Part shown: piece by piece, positions 36,641 to 47,308 of the stretch
Numbering within the stretch: position 1 is the stretch's first letter
Layout: each line of letters begins with the position of its first letter
Assembly: GCA_009840635.1 (NCBI GenBank)
Contig: VXNL01000047.1
Location: 510 to 64,509, forward strand
Length of the DNA stretch: 64,000 nt
From: Acidobacteriota bacterium
GTDB lineage: Bacteria > Acidobacteriota > Vicinamibacteria > Marinacidobacterales > Marinacidobacteraceae
Reading direction: 5' to 3'
Program-made: the position numbers and the translations under genes
Notes under the pieces: generated by a model
The model's input: the letters and a program-made list of their open reading frames with translations, nothing else
Told to the model about the DNA's origin: nothing
Database searches by the model: none

Positions 36641-36801
36641 CCGGCTTGGAACGCCGGCTTCAGCCGGCACAGCGGCCCGCAGGGCCGCGGGCGGGTTCGT
36701 CGCTACCCCGGGTGCACAGCCGCGCCATCCCGGCGAATGAGGTCCGTCTCGCCGCCCGCCTTGGGCGGGCTGTGCCGGCTGAAGCCGGCGTTCCAAGCCG
36801 G
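36641..36801. mobile_element. MITE-like element, 161 bp, with perfect 33-bp terminal inverted repeats (family A)
   Basis: Left TIR 36641-36673 ccggcttggaacgccggcttcagccggcacagc. Right TIR 36769-36801 is its exact reverse complement. Inside are the palindromes gcggcccgcagggccgc and ccgcccgccttgggcggg. It carries no ORF and sits in the 397-nt gap upstream of nuoL. Confidence 0.65.
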
Positions 36802-36953
36802 CGGACCACCGTGCTGGGTCAAGTGACGCGTCCCTTTGCGGCGGCGCCGCGCGGGTCTCCGAAATGGCTTCCCTACGTTGACCTAAACGCCCCGATCCGG
36901 TACCTTCCGCGCGCCGTCCAACCCCGTATTTCAGGAGTGCTCAGTAGCCCGTT

Positions 36954-38978
<2,025 letters not shown>

Positions 38979-39028
38979 CCAGCCCGCATGAACACCGCGA
39001 CTAGCGCTGCCAGCTCCGGATAAGCCGA

Positions 39029-40618
39029 ATGTTCGAGAACAACCCCTTCAACTTCCCGATCCTGTCGCTGGTGGTCTTCTTCCCGGCGATCGCGGCGCTC
39101 TTCATCCTGTTCTTCGTCAAGAAGACCGATGAGGACCGGGTCCGCTGGCTCGCGAACGGCGCGGCGCTCATCGGATTCCTGATCTCCCTGCCGCTGTGGT
39201 TCGCGTTCGACGCGGCCGGGCCGCAGTTCCAGTTCGGAGAGCGCTACGAGTGGATCCCGAGCATCGGCGTCGAATACAACCTCGGCCTCGACGGAATCAG
39301 CCTGCTGCTGGTCCTCATGACCACGCTGCTCGGCTTCATCGCCATCCTGTCGTCGTGGAAGGCGGTCACCGAGCGCGTCAAGCAGTACTACGTCTTCCTG
39401 CTGTTGCTCCAGACGGGAATGCTCGGCGTCTTCGTGGCGCTCGACTTCTTCCTGTTCTACGTGTTCTGGGAAGTGATGCTGGTCCCGATGTACTTCCTTA
39501 TCGGGGTCTGGGGCGGCCCGAGGAAGCTTTACGCGGCCATCAAGTTCTTCCTCTACACGCTGGTGGGAAGCGTCCTGATGCTGCTCGGCATCCTGGCGCT
39601 CTACTTCGCCCACCATGGGGCGACCGGCGAATACACCTTCGACCTGCTCCGCCTCATGGAGACCTCCTACGCGTCGGGTCTCCAGTTCTGGGTGTTCCTC
39701 GCCTTCTTCATCGGGTTCGCGATCAAGGTCCCGATGTTCCCGTTCCACACTTGGCTTCCCGACGCCCACGTCGAGGCGCCCACCGCGGGTTCGGTCATCC
39801 TGGCCGGGGTGCTGCTGAAGATGGGGACCTACGGTTTCGTGCGGTTCTCGATTCCGCTCCTGCCCGAGGCGAGCCGCGAAGCGGTGTGGTGGGTCGCCAC
39901 CCTCGCGATCATCGGGATCATCTACGGAGCCCTCGTCGCTCTGGTCCAGAAGGACTGGAAGAGCCTCGTCGCCTACAGCTCGGTGAGCCACCTCGGCTTC
40001 GTGATGCTCGGCGTCTTCGCGCTGAACACCCTGGGTCTCGAGGGTGGCATCCTCCAGATGATCAACCACGGTCTCTCCACGGGAGGACTCTTCCTGCTCG
40101 TCGGCATCATGTACGAGCAGCGCCACACGCGGGACATCGCGGCCTACGGCGGGATCGCCAAGGTGGTGCCGAAGTACGCCGCGCTCTTCCTGATCATCGC
40201 GCTCGCCTCCATGGGTCTTCCGATGCTCAACGGCTTCATCGGCGAGTTCCTGATCCTGCAGGGCGTCTTCCAGGTGGACTGGGTGTATGCCGCGTTCGCC
40301 GTCTCGGGCATCGTGCTCGGCGCCGCCTATCTGCTGTGGCTCTACCAGCGGGTCATGTTCGGCAAGCTGGACAAGGAAGAGAACAAGACGCTCGCCGATG
40401 TGACCAGCCGCGAGAACGCCACCCTGGTCCCGATCGTCGCGCTCTGCATCTTCATCGGCGTCTATCCCAAGCCGTTCCTCGAGAAGCTCGCCGTTCCGGT
40501 GGCGGCCATCGTCGAGCGCGTCTCTCCCGAGAGCGCGCAGACCGCCGAGGCGCCGCCGATGCCGGCCGAGGTGGAGGAAGAGCTTCGGGGCGCCGCTCCC
40601 GTTCCGAGCGACGACTGA
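39029..40618 (+). CDS. nuoM: NADH-quinone oxidoreductase subunit M
   Basis: 529 aa with NuoM/ND4 conserved blocks ([40 protein letters not shown]). Confidence 0.9.
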   Translation: MFENNPFNFPILSLVVFFPAIAALFILFFVKKTDEDRVRWLANGAALIGFLISLPLWFAFDAAGPQFQFGERYEWIPSIGVEYNLGLDGISLLLVLMTTLLGFIAILSSWKAVTERVKQYYVFLLLLQTGMLGVFVALDFFLFYVFWEVMLVPMYFLIGVWGGPRKLYAAIKFFLYTLVGSVLMLLGILALYFAHHGATGEYTFDLLRLMETSYASGLQFWVFLAFFIGFAIKVPMFPFHTWLPDAHVEAPTAGSVILAGVLLKMGTYGFVRFSIPLLPEASREAVWWVATLAIIGIIYGALVALVQKDWKSLVAYSSVSHLGFVMLGVFALNTLGLEGGILQMINHGLSTGGLFLLVGIMYEQRHTRDIAAYGGIAKVVPKYAALFLIIALASMGLPMLNGFIGEFLILQGVFQVDWVYAAFAVSGIVLGAAYLLWLYQRVMFGKLDKEENKTLADVTSRENATLVPIVALCIFIGVYPKPFLEKLAVPVAAIVERVSPESAQTAEAPPMPAEVEEELRGAAPVPSDD

Positions 40619-40651
40619 TCCCGCGGCTGTTCCACTTGCCTCGGCGGGAGA

Positions 40652-40918
40652 ATGCCGCCGATGACCCCGGAGCCTCCGGTGGCGCCGCGTGCCCGGCTGC
40701 TGACCCTGCTGAGCCTCGGCTTTTCGGTGCCCATGGCGATCGTGATCGGCGGCGGGTCCGGCTGGCTGCTCGACCGCTGGCTCGGAACGGAGCCCTGGCT
40801 CTTCCTGGTCTTCCTGGCCTTCGGAATCGTGGCCGGGCTCAGGAACGTGGTTCGGGCCGCCTCCGCGGTGGCGGACAGCGACGCGCCGCCTGAGGATTCT
40901 GGGGGAGAGGGGTCATGA
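40652..40918 (+). CDS. AtpZ/AtpI-family small membrane protein (putative F0 assembly/accessory)
   Basis: 88 aa with two TM helices, immediately upstream of the atpI-like gene and atpB. Confidence 0.6.
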   Translation: MPPMTPEPPVAPRARLLTLLSLGFSVPMAIVIGGGSGWLLDRWLGTEPWLFLVFLAFGIVAGLRNVVRAASAVADSDAPPEDSGGEGS

Positions 40919-41364
40919 CGGATTCGGGGAGGCCGGCGGAAGCGAGCCGCGAAGAGCGGCTCACCCGGCGCGCGCTAGCCCTCGGAGCGGCCGCCGCGCT
41001 GATCGCACTTGCCTTCGGCCCCCGGATCGGGCTCTCGGTGCTGGGCGGGGCCACCATCTCCGTCCTCAACATCGTCGCGCTCCGCCGGGTGGCCGCCGGT
41101 CTGACCGCCGACCACTCCGCCCGGTCGGCCATCGTGCTGGCCGCGCTCACCGGGGTTCGTTATCTCTTGCTCGGGGGCGCGCTGGTTGCGATAATTGCCG
41201 TCTGGAACGCCGACGTGATCGGCGTCGTGTGCGGGTTGGGCGCGCCGAACCTGGCCGTCCTGCTGGAACTGCGAAACGGGGGCCTCCGGGGCCTTCGTAC
41301 ACCGCAGGCCTCTCCTCCCCCGGATGATCCGGAGGACAGGGAGAACCCCCCGCCAGGCGTCTGA
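40915..41364 (+). CDS. atpI: ATP synthase protein I-like membrane protein
   Basis: 149 aa, with an ATGA overlap onto the previous gene, four hydrophobic segments, and a position directly before atpB. Confidence 0.55.
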   Translation: MTDSGRPAEASREERLTRRALALGAAAALIALAFGPRIGLSVLGGATISVLNIVALRRVAAGLTADHSARSAIVLAALTGVRYLLLGGALVAIIAVWNADVIGVVCGLGAPNLAVLLELRNGGLRGLRTPQASPPPDDPEDRENPPPGV

Positions 41365-41387
41365 CCGCACGTACTCCCGGCCCGACC

Positions 41388-42077
41388 ATGGAAATCCACC
41401 ACTACTCAGCCTTCACCCTCTGGATCGAGGAGTGGTTCCACGTCCATCCGCCGGACCACGTCGTGATGGCGGTCTTCGTGGCGCTTCTCCTGTCCGGGTT
41501 CGCGATCTTTTTCCGCCGCCGGATTTCGGTGGAGAATCCCGGCCGGCTCCAACTGATCCTCGAGGCGCTCGTCGGGGGCTTGCTCTCGCTCCTGCGTGAG
41601 AACGTGGGTCCGAGGGGCCGGCGGTTCCTGGGCCTGGTGGGCACGCTCGCCCTCTTCATCTGGATCAGCAATCTGTGCGGGCTGGTGCCCTATCTCTCAT
41701 CCCCCACGGTGAGCATCAACATGCCCGTGGGATGCGCCATCGTCGCGTTCCTCTACTACAACTACCAGGGGATCCGGGCCCACGGAGCGAAGAAGTACTT
41801 CGCCCACTTCCTCGGGCCGAGCCCCTGGCTGGCGATCGTGATGCTGCCGGTCGAGATCATCAGCCATGTCAGCCGCATCCTCTCGCTTTCGGTCCGGCTC
41901 TTCGGAAACATTTTCGGCGAAGAGCTGGTCGTCATCGTGCTGGCGTTCCTGATCCCGTTCGTGGTGCCGCTCCCGATGATGGCCTTCGGCGTCTTCGGCA
42001 GCACGCTGCAGGCATTCGTTTTCACCATGCTCACTGTCATCTATCTCGGCGGCGCGGTCGCGGCCGAGGAACATTGA
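41388..42077 (+). CDS. atpB: F0F1 ATP synthase subunit a
   Basis: 229 aa with the conserved a-subunit arginine region LSLSVRLFGNIFGEEL. Confidence 0.9.
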   Translation: MEIHHYSAFTLWIEEWFHVHPPDHVVMAVFVALLLSGFAIFFRRRISVENPGRLQLILEALVGGLLSLLRENVGPRGRRFLGLVGTLALFIWISNLCGLVPYLSSPTVSINMPVGCAIVAFLYYNYQGIRAHGAKKYFAHFLGPSPWLAIVMLPVEIISHVSRILSLSVRLFGNIFGEELVVIVLAFLIPFVVPLPMMAFGVFGSTLQAFVFTMLTVIYLGGAVAAEEH

Positions 42078-42112
42078 TTCGGCCGCGTAATCAGTTCAAG
42101 GAGAAAAGAATC

Positions 42113-42436
42113 GTGTCCAAGAAGTTTCGGACGACCCTGCTGGCTGGCCTCGGCGTGCTCGCCGCGTCCCCGGCCTTCGCCCAAGGGGCCTGGGACCCGG
42201 TAGTCAGTCAGTGGGCGCTGATCTCGGCAGGTGGCGCGATCGCCATCGCCGCCGCCTTCGGCGCCACCGCGCAGGGACGCGCGGTGGTCGGCGCCTGCGA
42301 GAGCCTCGCCCGGAACCCCGGCGCCGCGCCGCAGATCCGCTTCTCGCTGCTTCTCGGTCTGGTGCTGATCGAGTCCCTCGTCATCTACGCCTTCGTCACC
42401 GCGCTCATCATCTTCTTCGTTCTCTGGAACGGCTGA
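42113..42436 (+). CDS. atpE: F0F1 ATP synthase subunit c, with an N-terminal signal-peptide-like extension
   Basis: GTG at 42113 with an AAGGAGAAAAG SD 8 nt upstream. The c-subunit hairpin GAIAIAAAFGATAQGRAVVGACESLARNPG...LLLGLVLIESLVIYAFVTALIIFFV is present. An extra N-terminal ~35 aa reads KKFRTTLLAGLGVLAASPAFAQGA. Confidence 0.88.
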   Translation: MSKKFRTTLLAGLGVLAASPAFAQGAWDPVVSQWALISAGGAIAIAAAFGATAQGRAVVGACESLARNPGAAPQIRFSLLLGLVLIESLVIYAFVTALIIFFVLWNG

Positions 42437-42445
42437 GTCGGAACT

Positions 42446-42478
42446 GGTGTGAAACGGGCGAGCAGCCCGTTTCACACC
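42446..42478 (+). terminator. rho-independent terminator after atpE
   Basis: ggtgtgaaacgggc-GAGCA-gcccgtttcacacc forms a perfect 14-bp stem, starting 10 nt after the atpE stop. Confidence 0.6.
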
Positions 42479-42479
42479 A

Positions 42480-42670
42480 TTCCGACTCTGGGGGAACGCC
42501 GGTCTCCAGACCGGCAGAGCCGTTCGCGTCCGGCCGCCATGGATCTGGCGGTAGCCCAGATCCATGGCGACCGGCGCGTCGGCGAATTCGCACCCCCTCG
42601 ATCGCCTTCACCGCGACTACGGCTTGGAACGCCGGTCTCTAGACCGGCACGCGCGGCGCTTCGCGCCGCG
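42480..42670. repeat. array of REP-like palindromes (family A variants) in the atpE-mtnA intergenic gap
   Basis: Hairpins seen: ccggtctccagaccgg, ccatggatctggcggtagcccagatccatgg, ggcttggaacgccggtctctagaccggcac, gcggcgcttcgcgccgc. Confidence 0.45.
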
Positions 42671-42731
42671 TCGCAACCCCAATCATCCTCAAGGCGCGCA
42701 CCACTCCCCACCCCGCTGGTAGGGTGAACCC

Positions 42732-43781
42732 ATGGTCCGCCCCTTCCGCTGGGACCCCGAGCGCAAGGTCCTCCACCTCCTGGACCAGCGCCGGCTCCCG
42801 GCCGAGGAGGTGTGGATCGAGCGCGCCGAAGCGCATGAGGTCGCGGACGCCATTCGGGACATGGTGGTCCGCGGGGCACCGGCCATCGGGATCGTCGCCG
42901 CCTACGCGGTGGTGCTGGGGTTCGCCCGTGACGCCGGAGACTCGCCTGCGGCTCGGTTCGAGGACCTGGCCGCTGCACTGCTGAATACCCGGCCAACCGC
43001 CGTCAACCTGCGCGCCGCCATCGTGCGCATGCGCACCCGGTTGGAAACGCTATCCGCCGCTTCGGCAGCGGGACGGGTTCGCGGCCTGGAGGCGGAGGCG
43101 GACCGCATCGCCGCCGAGGACCTCGAAGCCAACCGCCGCCTGGGCACGCTCGGGGCCAGCCTGCTGCGGCCGGCGGGGAAGAGGGCCCGCGTCCTCACCC
43201 ACTGCAACGCGGGGAGCCTCGCCACCTCCGGATACGGGACCGCTCTCGGGATCGTCCGGGCGCTGGCCGAGTCGGGCCGCGAGGTCGAGGTGTTCGCTCC
43301 CGAAACCCGCCCGTATCTGCAGGGCGCCCGGCTCACCGCGTGGGAACTGATGGCGGACGGAATCCCGGTCACCCTCGTCACCGACGGAATGGTCGGTTCC
43401 CTGCTCGCTGGCGGAGACATGGATGCGGTGGTCGTGGGGGCCGACCGGATCGCGGCGAACGGGGATTCGGCCAACAAGATCGGCACTTACCAGGCCGCGG
43501 TCCTCGCGAAGGAGCACGGTGTGCCGTTCCTGGTGGCCGCGCCCTTCTCGAGCGTGGATCTCGAGACGCCGACCGGTGCGGAGATCCCCATCGAGGAGCG
43601 CCGCCCCGAGGAGATCGTCGAGATCGTCGGAAGGCGCATCGCGCCGGAGGGCGTGTCCGTCTGGAATCCGGCCTTCGACGTGACTCCGGCCGGCTACATC
43701 ACTGCAATCGTGACCGAGCGTGGGATTGCGCACCCGCCTTTTGCGGCTTCGCTGGCGCGTCTGGGCAGGACCCGGGAATAA
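42732..43781 (+). CDS. mtnA: S-methyl-5-thioribose-1-phosphate isomerase (eIF-2B-like family)
   Basis: 349 aa. Matches MtnA conserved blocks: RGAPAIG, THCNAGSLATSGYGTALG, GADRIAANGDSANKIGTY. Confidence 0.88.
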   Translation: MVRPFRWDPERKVLHLLDQRRLPAEEVWIERAEAHEVADAIRDMVVRGAPAIGIVAAYAVVLGFARDAGDSPAARFEDLAAALLNTRPTAVNLRAAIVRMRTRLETLSAASAAGRVRGLEAEADRIAAEDLEANRRLGTLGASLLRPAGKRARVLTHCNAGSLATSGYGTALGIVRALAESGREVEVFAPETRPYLQGARLTAWELMADGIPVTLVTDGMVGSLLAGGDMDAVVVGADRIAANGDSANKIGTYQAAVLAKEHGVPFLVAAPFSSVDLETPTGAEIPIEERRPEEIVEIVGRRIAPEGVSVWNPAFDVTPAGYITAIVTERGIAHPPFAASLARLGRTRE

Positions 43782-43790
43782 CCTAACGGC

Positions 43791-44855
43791 ATGCTGATCC
43801 TGGGGATCGAGACCTCCTGCGACGAGACCTCCGCGGCGGTGGTCGAAGACGGCCGGCGCATCCTCTCGAACGTCGTCTCGTCCCAGGTCGCCCAGCACGC
43901 GCAGTTCGGAGGGGTGGTGCCCGAGATCGCGTCCCGGCAGCACCTCCTCAACCTGTCGCCGGTGGTGCGGCAGGCGCTCACTGAGGCCGAGGTCGGCCTC
44001 GATGACATCGAGGCGGTCGCGGTCACGAACGGCCCCGGCCTCATCGGGGCCCTGCTGGCGGGTGTCTCCTTCGCCAAGGCGTTCGCGTTCGCGCGCGGGA
44101 TTCCGCTGGTGGGGGTGGATCACATCGAAGGGCATATCCGCGCGTGCTACCTCGAAGGCGGCGAGGTTCCCCACCCGGCGCTCGCGCTCGTGGTCTCCGG
44201 GGGGCACACGAACCTCTTCCTGCTCGAAGGCGAGAGTTCCTACCGGCTGCTCGGCAAGACCCGCGATGACGCCGCGGGCGAGGCCTACGACAAGCTCGCC
44301 AAGCGACTCGGTCTCGGGTATCCGGGCGGTCCGATCCTCGACCGGTTGGCGCAGCGGGGCGATGCGAACCGCCACCTCTTCTCGCTCCCGCACTTTTCGG
44401 ACGGAGCCAAGCTGGACTTCAGTTTCTCGGGCCTCAAGACCCAGGTCCTCCGGCTCATCGAGCACGAGAGCATCGAGCCGCTGGCCGACGGCGACGATCC
44501 TTTCGCCCGCGAAGACCTCCGCGATCTGGCCGCCAGCTTCCAGTCGGCGGTCGTCCGCGCCCTGCGCCGCTCGGTGGACCGGGCGCTTCGCATGTTGGAA
44601 GCCAGCGCCGTGCTGTTGACGGGCGGGGTCGCCGCCAACTCGGCTCTGCGGGCCAACTTCCAGGCTCTCGGCGAGAAACGCGGCCTGCCCGTCTTCTATC
44701 CCAGCGTCGCCCTCTCCACCGACAACGCCGCCATGATCGCGGCGGCCGGCCACCTGGCGCTTCTCCGCGGCGAAGTGGCGGGTCCGGACCTGACGGCGGA
44801 CACCGAACTGCGGCTGGGCGAGACCGGACCGCGCCGGTCCCGGCGTCACCGCTGA
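43791..44855 (+). CDS. tsaD: tRNA N6-adenosine threonylcarbamoyltransferase
   Basis: 354 aa with Kae1/TsaD motifs: GIETSCDETS, GVDHIEGH, VVSGGHT, GGVAANSALR. Confidence 0.9.
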   Translation: MLILGIETSCDETSAAVVEDGRRILSNVVSSQVAQHAQFGGVVPEIASRQHLLNLSPVVRQALTEAEVGLDDIEAVAVTNGPGLIGALLAGVSFAKAFAFARGIPLVGVDHIEGHIRACYLEGGEVPHPALALVVSGGHTNLFLLEGESSYRLLGKTRDDAAGEAYDKLAKRLGLGYPGGPILDRLAQRGDANRHLFSLPHFSDGAKLDFSFSGLKTQVLRLIEHESIEPLADGDDPFAREDLRDLAASFQSAVVRALRRSVDRALRMLEASAVLLTGGVAANSALRANFQALGEKRGLPVFYPSVALSTDNAAMIAAAGHLALLRGEVAGPDLTADTELRLGETGPRRSRRHR

Positions 44856-44863
44856 ACTCCGGA

Positions 44864-46429
44864 ATGTCCGAGGCGCGGCCCGACCCCGGCCGGGTCACTG
44901 CCGTCTACCGTGTCCAGCCGGGCTCCGCCACGCCCGAGGATCGGGCCCGCATGATCGCGGTCGAGCAGACCGTCGAGGTCCCGGAAGCACTCATACCGCC
45001 GCACATCGAGAAGGAGATCGTCGGGCGGGTCGAATCCGTAACGCCCGACCCCGAGGTCCCGGGAGCGAGCCGCGTCACGATCAGCTACGGGGCGGAACTT
45101 GCCGCGAACCTCTTCGATTTACTGGCGGTCGCGATCGGCAACGCGCCGATGTACGGCGGGGTGCGGCTCGTGGGACTCGAGCCGCCGCGGGCGCTACTCG
45201 AGTCTCTCCCCGGCCCCAATCACGGCGTCGAGGGTGTGCGGCGGATGTGCGGCGTCCTGGGACGGCCGCTGCTGGCCACCGCGCTCAAACCGCAGGGCTC
45301 GACCGTGTCCGAGCTGGCTTCCATGGGGGAGGCGTTCGCCCGCGGCGGCGGCGACCTGGTCAAGGACGACAACAACATCACCGATGACTTCGAGGGTTTT
45401 CGAGACCGGGTCACGGCCTGCGCGGAGGCCGTGGAACGCGGCAACCAGACCACCGGCCGCCGGTGCCTCTACGTCCCGCACGCCGGCGCCCGCGCCGATG
45501 AGCTCGAACGGTACGTCGAGTTCGTCGCCGAGATCGGGCTTCCCGGAGTGCTGATCTGTCCGATGATCACCGGACTCGACACGATGCGCGCCCTGGCAGA
45601 GCGCTATCCGCTCATCTTCATGGCCCATCCGTCCCTGACCGGGGTCTATACCCACGCCCCTCAGAACGGGGTGGCCCACGGCGTCCTCTTCGGGACCCTG
45701 TTCCGGCTGGCTGGCGCCGACATCTCGGTGTTTCCGGACGCCCGCGGCCGGTTCCAGTTCGCCAAGGCTCAGTGCGAAGCGATCACCGAGCGGCTCCGCG
45801 AGCCGCTCGGCGCGCTCCGTCCGGCGTGGCCGGCCCCAACCGGCGGGATCGGACCCGCGGATGTCGCGCGGGTCTGCGGTATCTACGGTCCCGACACCGT
45901 GTTACTGATCGGCGGTGCCCTGCTCGGCCATCCGGACGGAATCGAGGCGGGAACCCGCGAGATCCTCGACCGGATTCGCTCGGTCCACCCGGAGGTTTCG
46001 ATAGAGCCGTCGGAGCCGCCGCGGCTTTCGCTCCCCGAACCGCGGCGGCTCGCCTTCCGCCGGGACTGGAACTGGGAGGGCCGGGACAGTTCCCCATACA
46101 AGGACGCCGGGGACCTCACCTTCCGGGGCGTGCGCCGGGTGGAGCTCGTCGGGAAGTTCGGGGAGCGCACCCGCTGCGACCTGCGCTACTTCGAAGTGGA
46201 ACCCGGCGGTCACACGAGCTTCGAAAAACACCTCCACACCCACGTCGTGATCGGCGCCCGCGGGGAGGGCGTCCTGCTGCTCGCAGACCGGCGGATGCCA
46301 CTCCGTCACCTCGACGTCGCCTGCGTGGGTCCGCTGGAGGCCCACCAGTTGCGGAACGAGTCCGACGAGCCGTTCGGCTTCTTCTGCGTGGTGGACCACG
46401 ACCGCGACCGCCCGTTGCGGGCCGAGTAA
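44864..46429 (+). CDS. RuBisCO-like protein (form IV RLP) fused to a C-terminal cupin domain
   Basis: 521 aa. Residues ~1-395 are RuBisCO large-subunit-like, including the lysine-region motif GGDLVKDDNNITDD and CPMITGLDTMRALAE. Residues ~400-521 carry cupin-like motifs (FEKHLHTHVVIGARGEG and GPLEAHQLRNE). It lies directly downstream of mtnA-tsaD. Confidence 0.8.
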   Translation: MSEARPDPGRVTAVYRVQPGSATPEDRARMIAVEQTVEVPEALIPPHIEKEIVGRVESVTPDPEVPGASRVTISYGAELAANLFDLLAVAIGNAPMYGGVRLVGLEPPRALLESLPGPNHGVEGVRRMCGVLGRPLLATALKPQGSTVSELASMGEAFARGGGDLVKDDNNITDDFEGFRDRVTACAEAVERGNQTTGRRCLYVPHAGARADELERYVEFVAEIGLPGVLICPMITGLDTMRALAERYPLIFMAHPSLTGVYTHAPQNGVAHGVLFGTLFRLAGADISVFPDARGRFQFAKAQCEAITERLREPLGALRPAWPAPTGGIGPADVARVCGIYGPDTVLLIGGALLGHPDGIEAGTREILDRIRSVHPEVSIEPSEPPRLSLPEPRRLAFRRDWNWEGRDSSPYKDAGDLTFRGVRRVELVGKFGERTRCDLRYFEVEPGGHTSFEKHLHTHVVIGARGEGVLLLADRRMPLRHLDVACVGPLEAHQLRNESDEPFGFFCVVDHDRDRPLRAE

Positions 46430-46542
46430 GGGAGGGAGCGCCGGACGGGTCCCGGACTCGGGGAAACCGGATCAGTCCCGACGGGGTCGCCGCCGGCCCG
46501 GCTCGTGACCGGCTACGGGCGGCCGGACACGACCGCGAGCCG

Positions 46543-47139
46543 CTAGCGCCGGCTGAGTAGATGTTGAACCTGTTCGGGAGAGAGTTGCTTTTCGCTTCCC
46601 AGCACCTGGGTGACGACCGCAATTTCGGCGGAGCGTTCCAGGGTCTCCATCCGGTCGAAAGCGTTCTGCAGGTCGCGGCCCATGGTGAGGGCGCCGTGGT
46701 TGGCGAGCAGGATGGCGTTCGAGTCGGCCGCGGCCTCGCCGACGGCGGCCGCCAGATCGGACGACGACGGCGCGTGGTATCCGACAGTGACGATGTGACC
46801 GAGGTCCACCAGCACCTCGGCGAGGGAATGGCGGCAGAGATCCACGCCGGCGGCGGCAAAGCCGGTGGCACACACCGGATGGGCGTGGACGATCGCCTGG
46901 ATGTCCTGCCGGACGTCATAGATGGCGAGGTGCACCTTGATCTCGCTGCTCATCCGGTGACGGCCGCCAATCTGGCGTCCCGCGAGGTCGCAGCGGACGA
47001 GGTCGTCTGGCGTCAGTTCGCCCTTCCGGAAGCCGCTCGGGGTACAGAGGAGTTCGTCGCCTCCGATCCGGACGCTCGCATTGCCTTCGCGGGCGACAAC
47101 GAGTCGGGCCGCGGCCAGCTTCCGTGTCACGCCGCACAT
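46543..47139 (-). CDS. class II aldolase/adducin-family protein (fuculose-phosphate aldolase / MtnB-like)
   Basis: Start at the internal ATG (CAT at 47137-47139). Motifs: AREGNASVRIGGDELLCTPSG and the Zn-binding pair AIVHAHP. The upstream 75 aa of the ORF are low-complexity. A GTG about 21 nt further upstream is also possible. Confidence 0.75.
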   Translation of the reverse strand: MCGVTRKLAAARLVVAREGNASVRIGGDELLCTPSGFRKGELTPDDLVRCDLAGRQIGGRHRMSSEIKVHLAIYDVRQDIQAIVHAHPVCATGFAAAGVDLCRHSLAEVLVDLGHIVTVGYHAPSSSDLAAAVGEAAADSNAILLANHGALTMGRDLQNAFDRMETLERSAEIAVVTQVLGSEKQLSPEQVQHLLSRR

Positions 47140-47308
47140 CTCATGCGCCAGGGCGTCGACCTGCGGACCCTGCCAGTCGCGTTCCGGTCGCGGGGCGGTA
47201 CCGTCGTCCAGTGGGGACGAGACGCCCAGGGGATTCCCGCTCAAGATTTTCAGCGTATCACCCGGGGGCTCCGTCCGAGCGTCCCGGTTTCTCGCGCTCG
47301 GCGCGGCG

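Noticed and set aside
41675-42436. 253-aa ORF-track version of the atpE ORF beginning at 41675
   Set aside because: The upstream 146 codons overlap atpB out of frame and are Arg/Pro-rich. A GTG at 42113 with a strong SD gives a c subunit with a plausible leader.
42480-42731. Possible SAM or other riboswitch in the 295-nt leader upstream of mtnA
   Set aside because: The region is made up of the same REP-type perfect palindromes found elsewhere in the window. No recognisable riboswitch core motifs were seen, so this is more likely a REP array than a cis-regulatory RNA.
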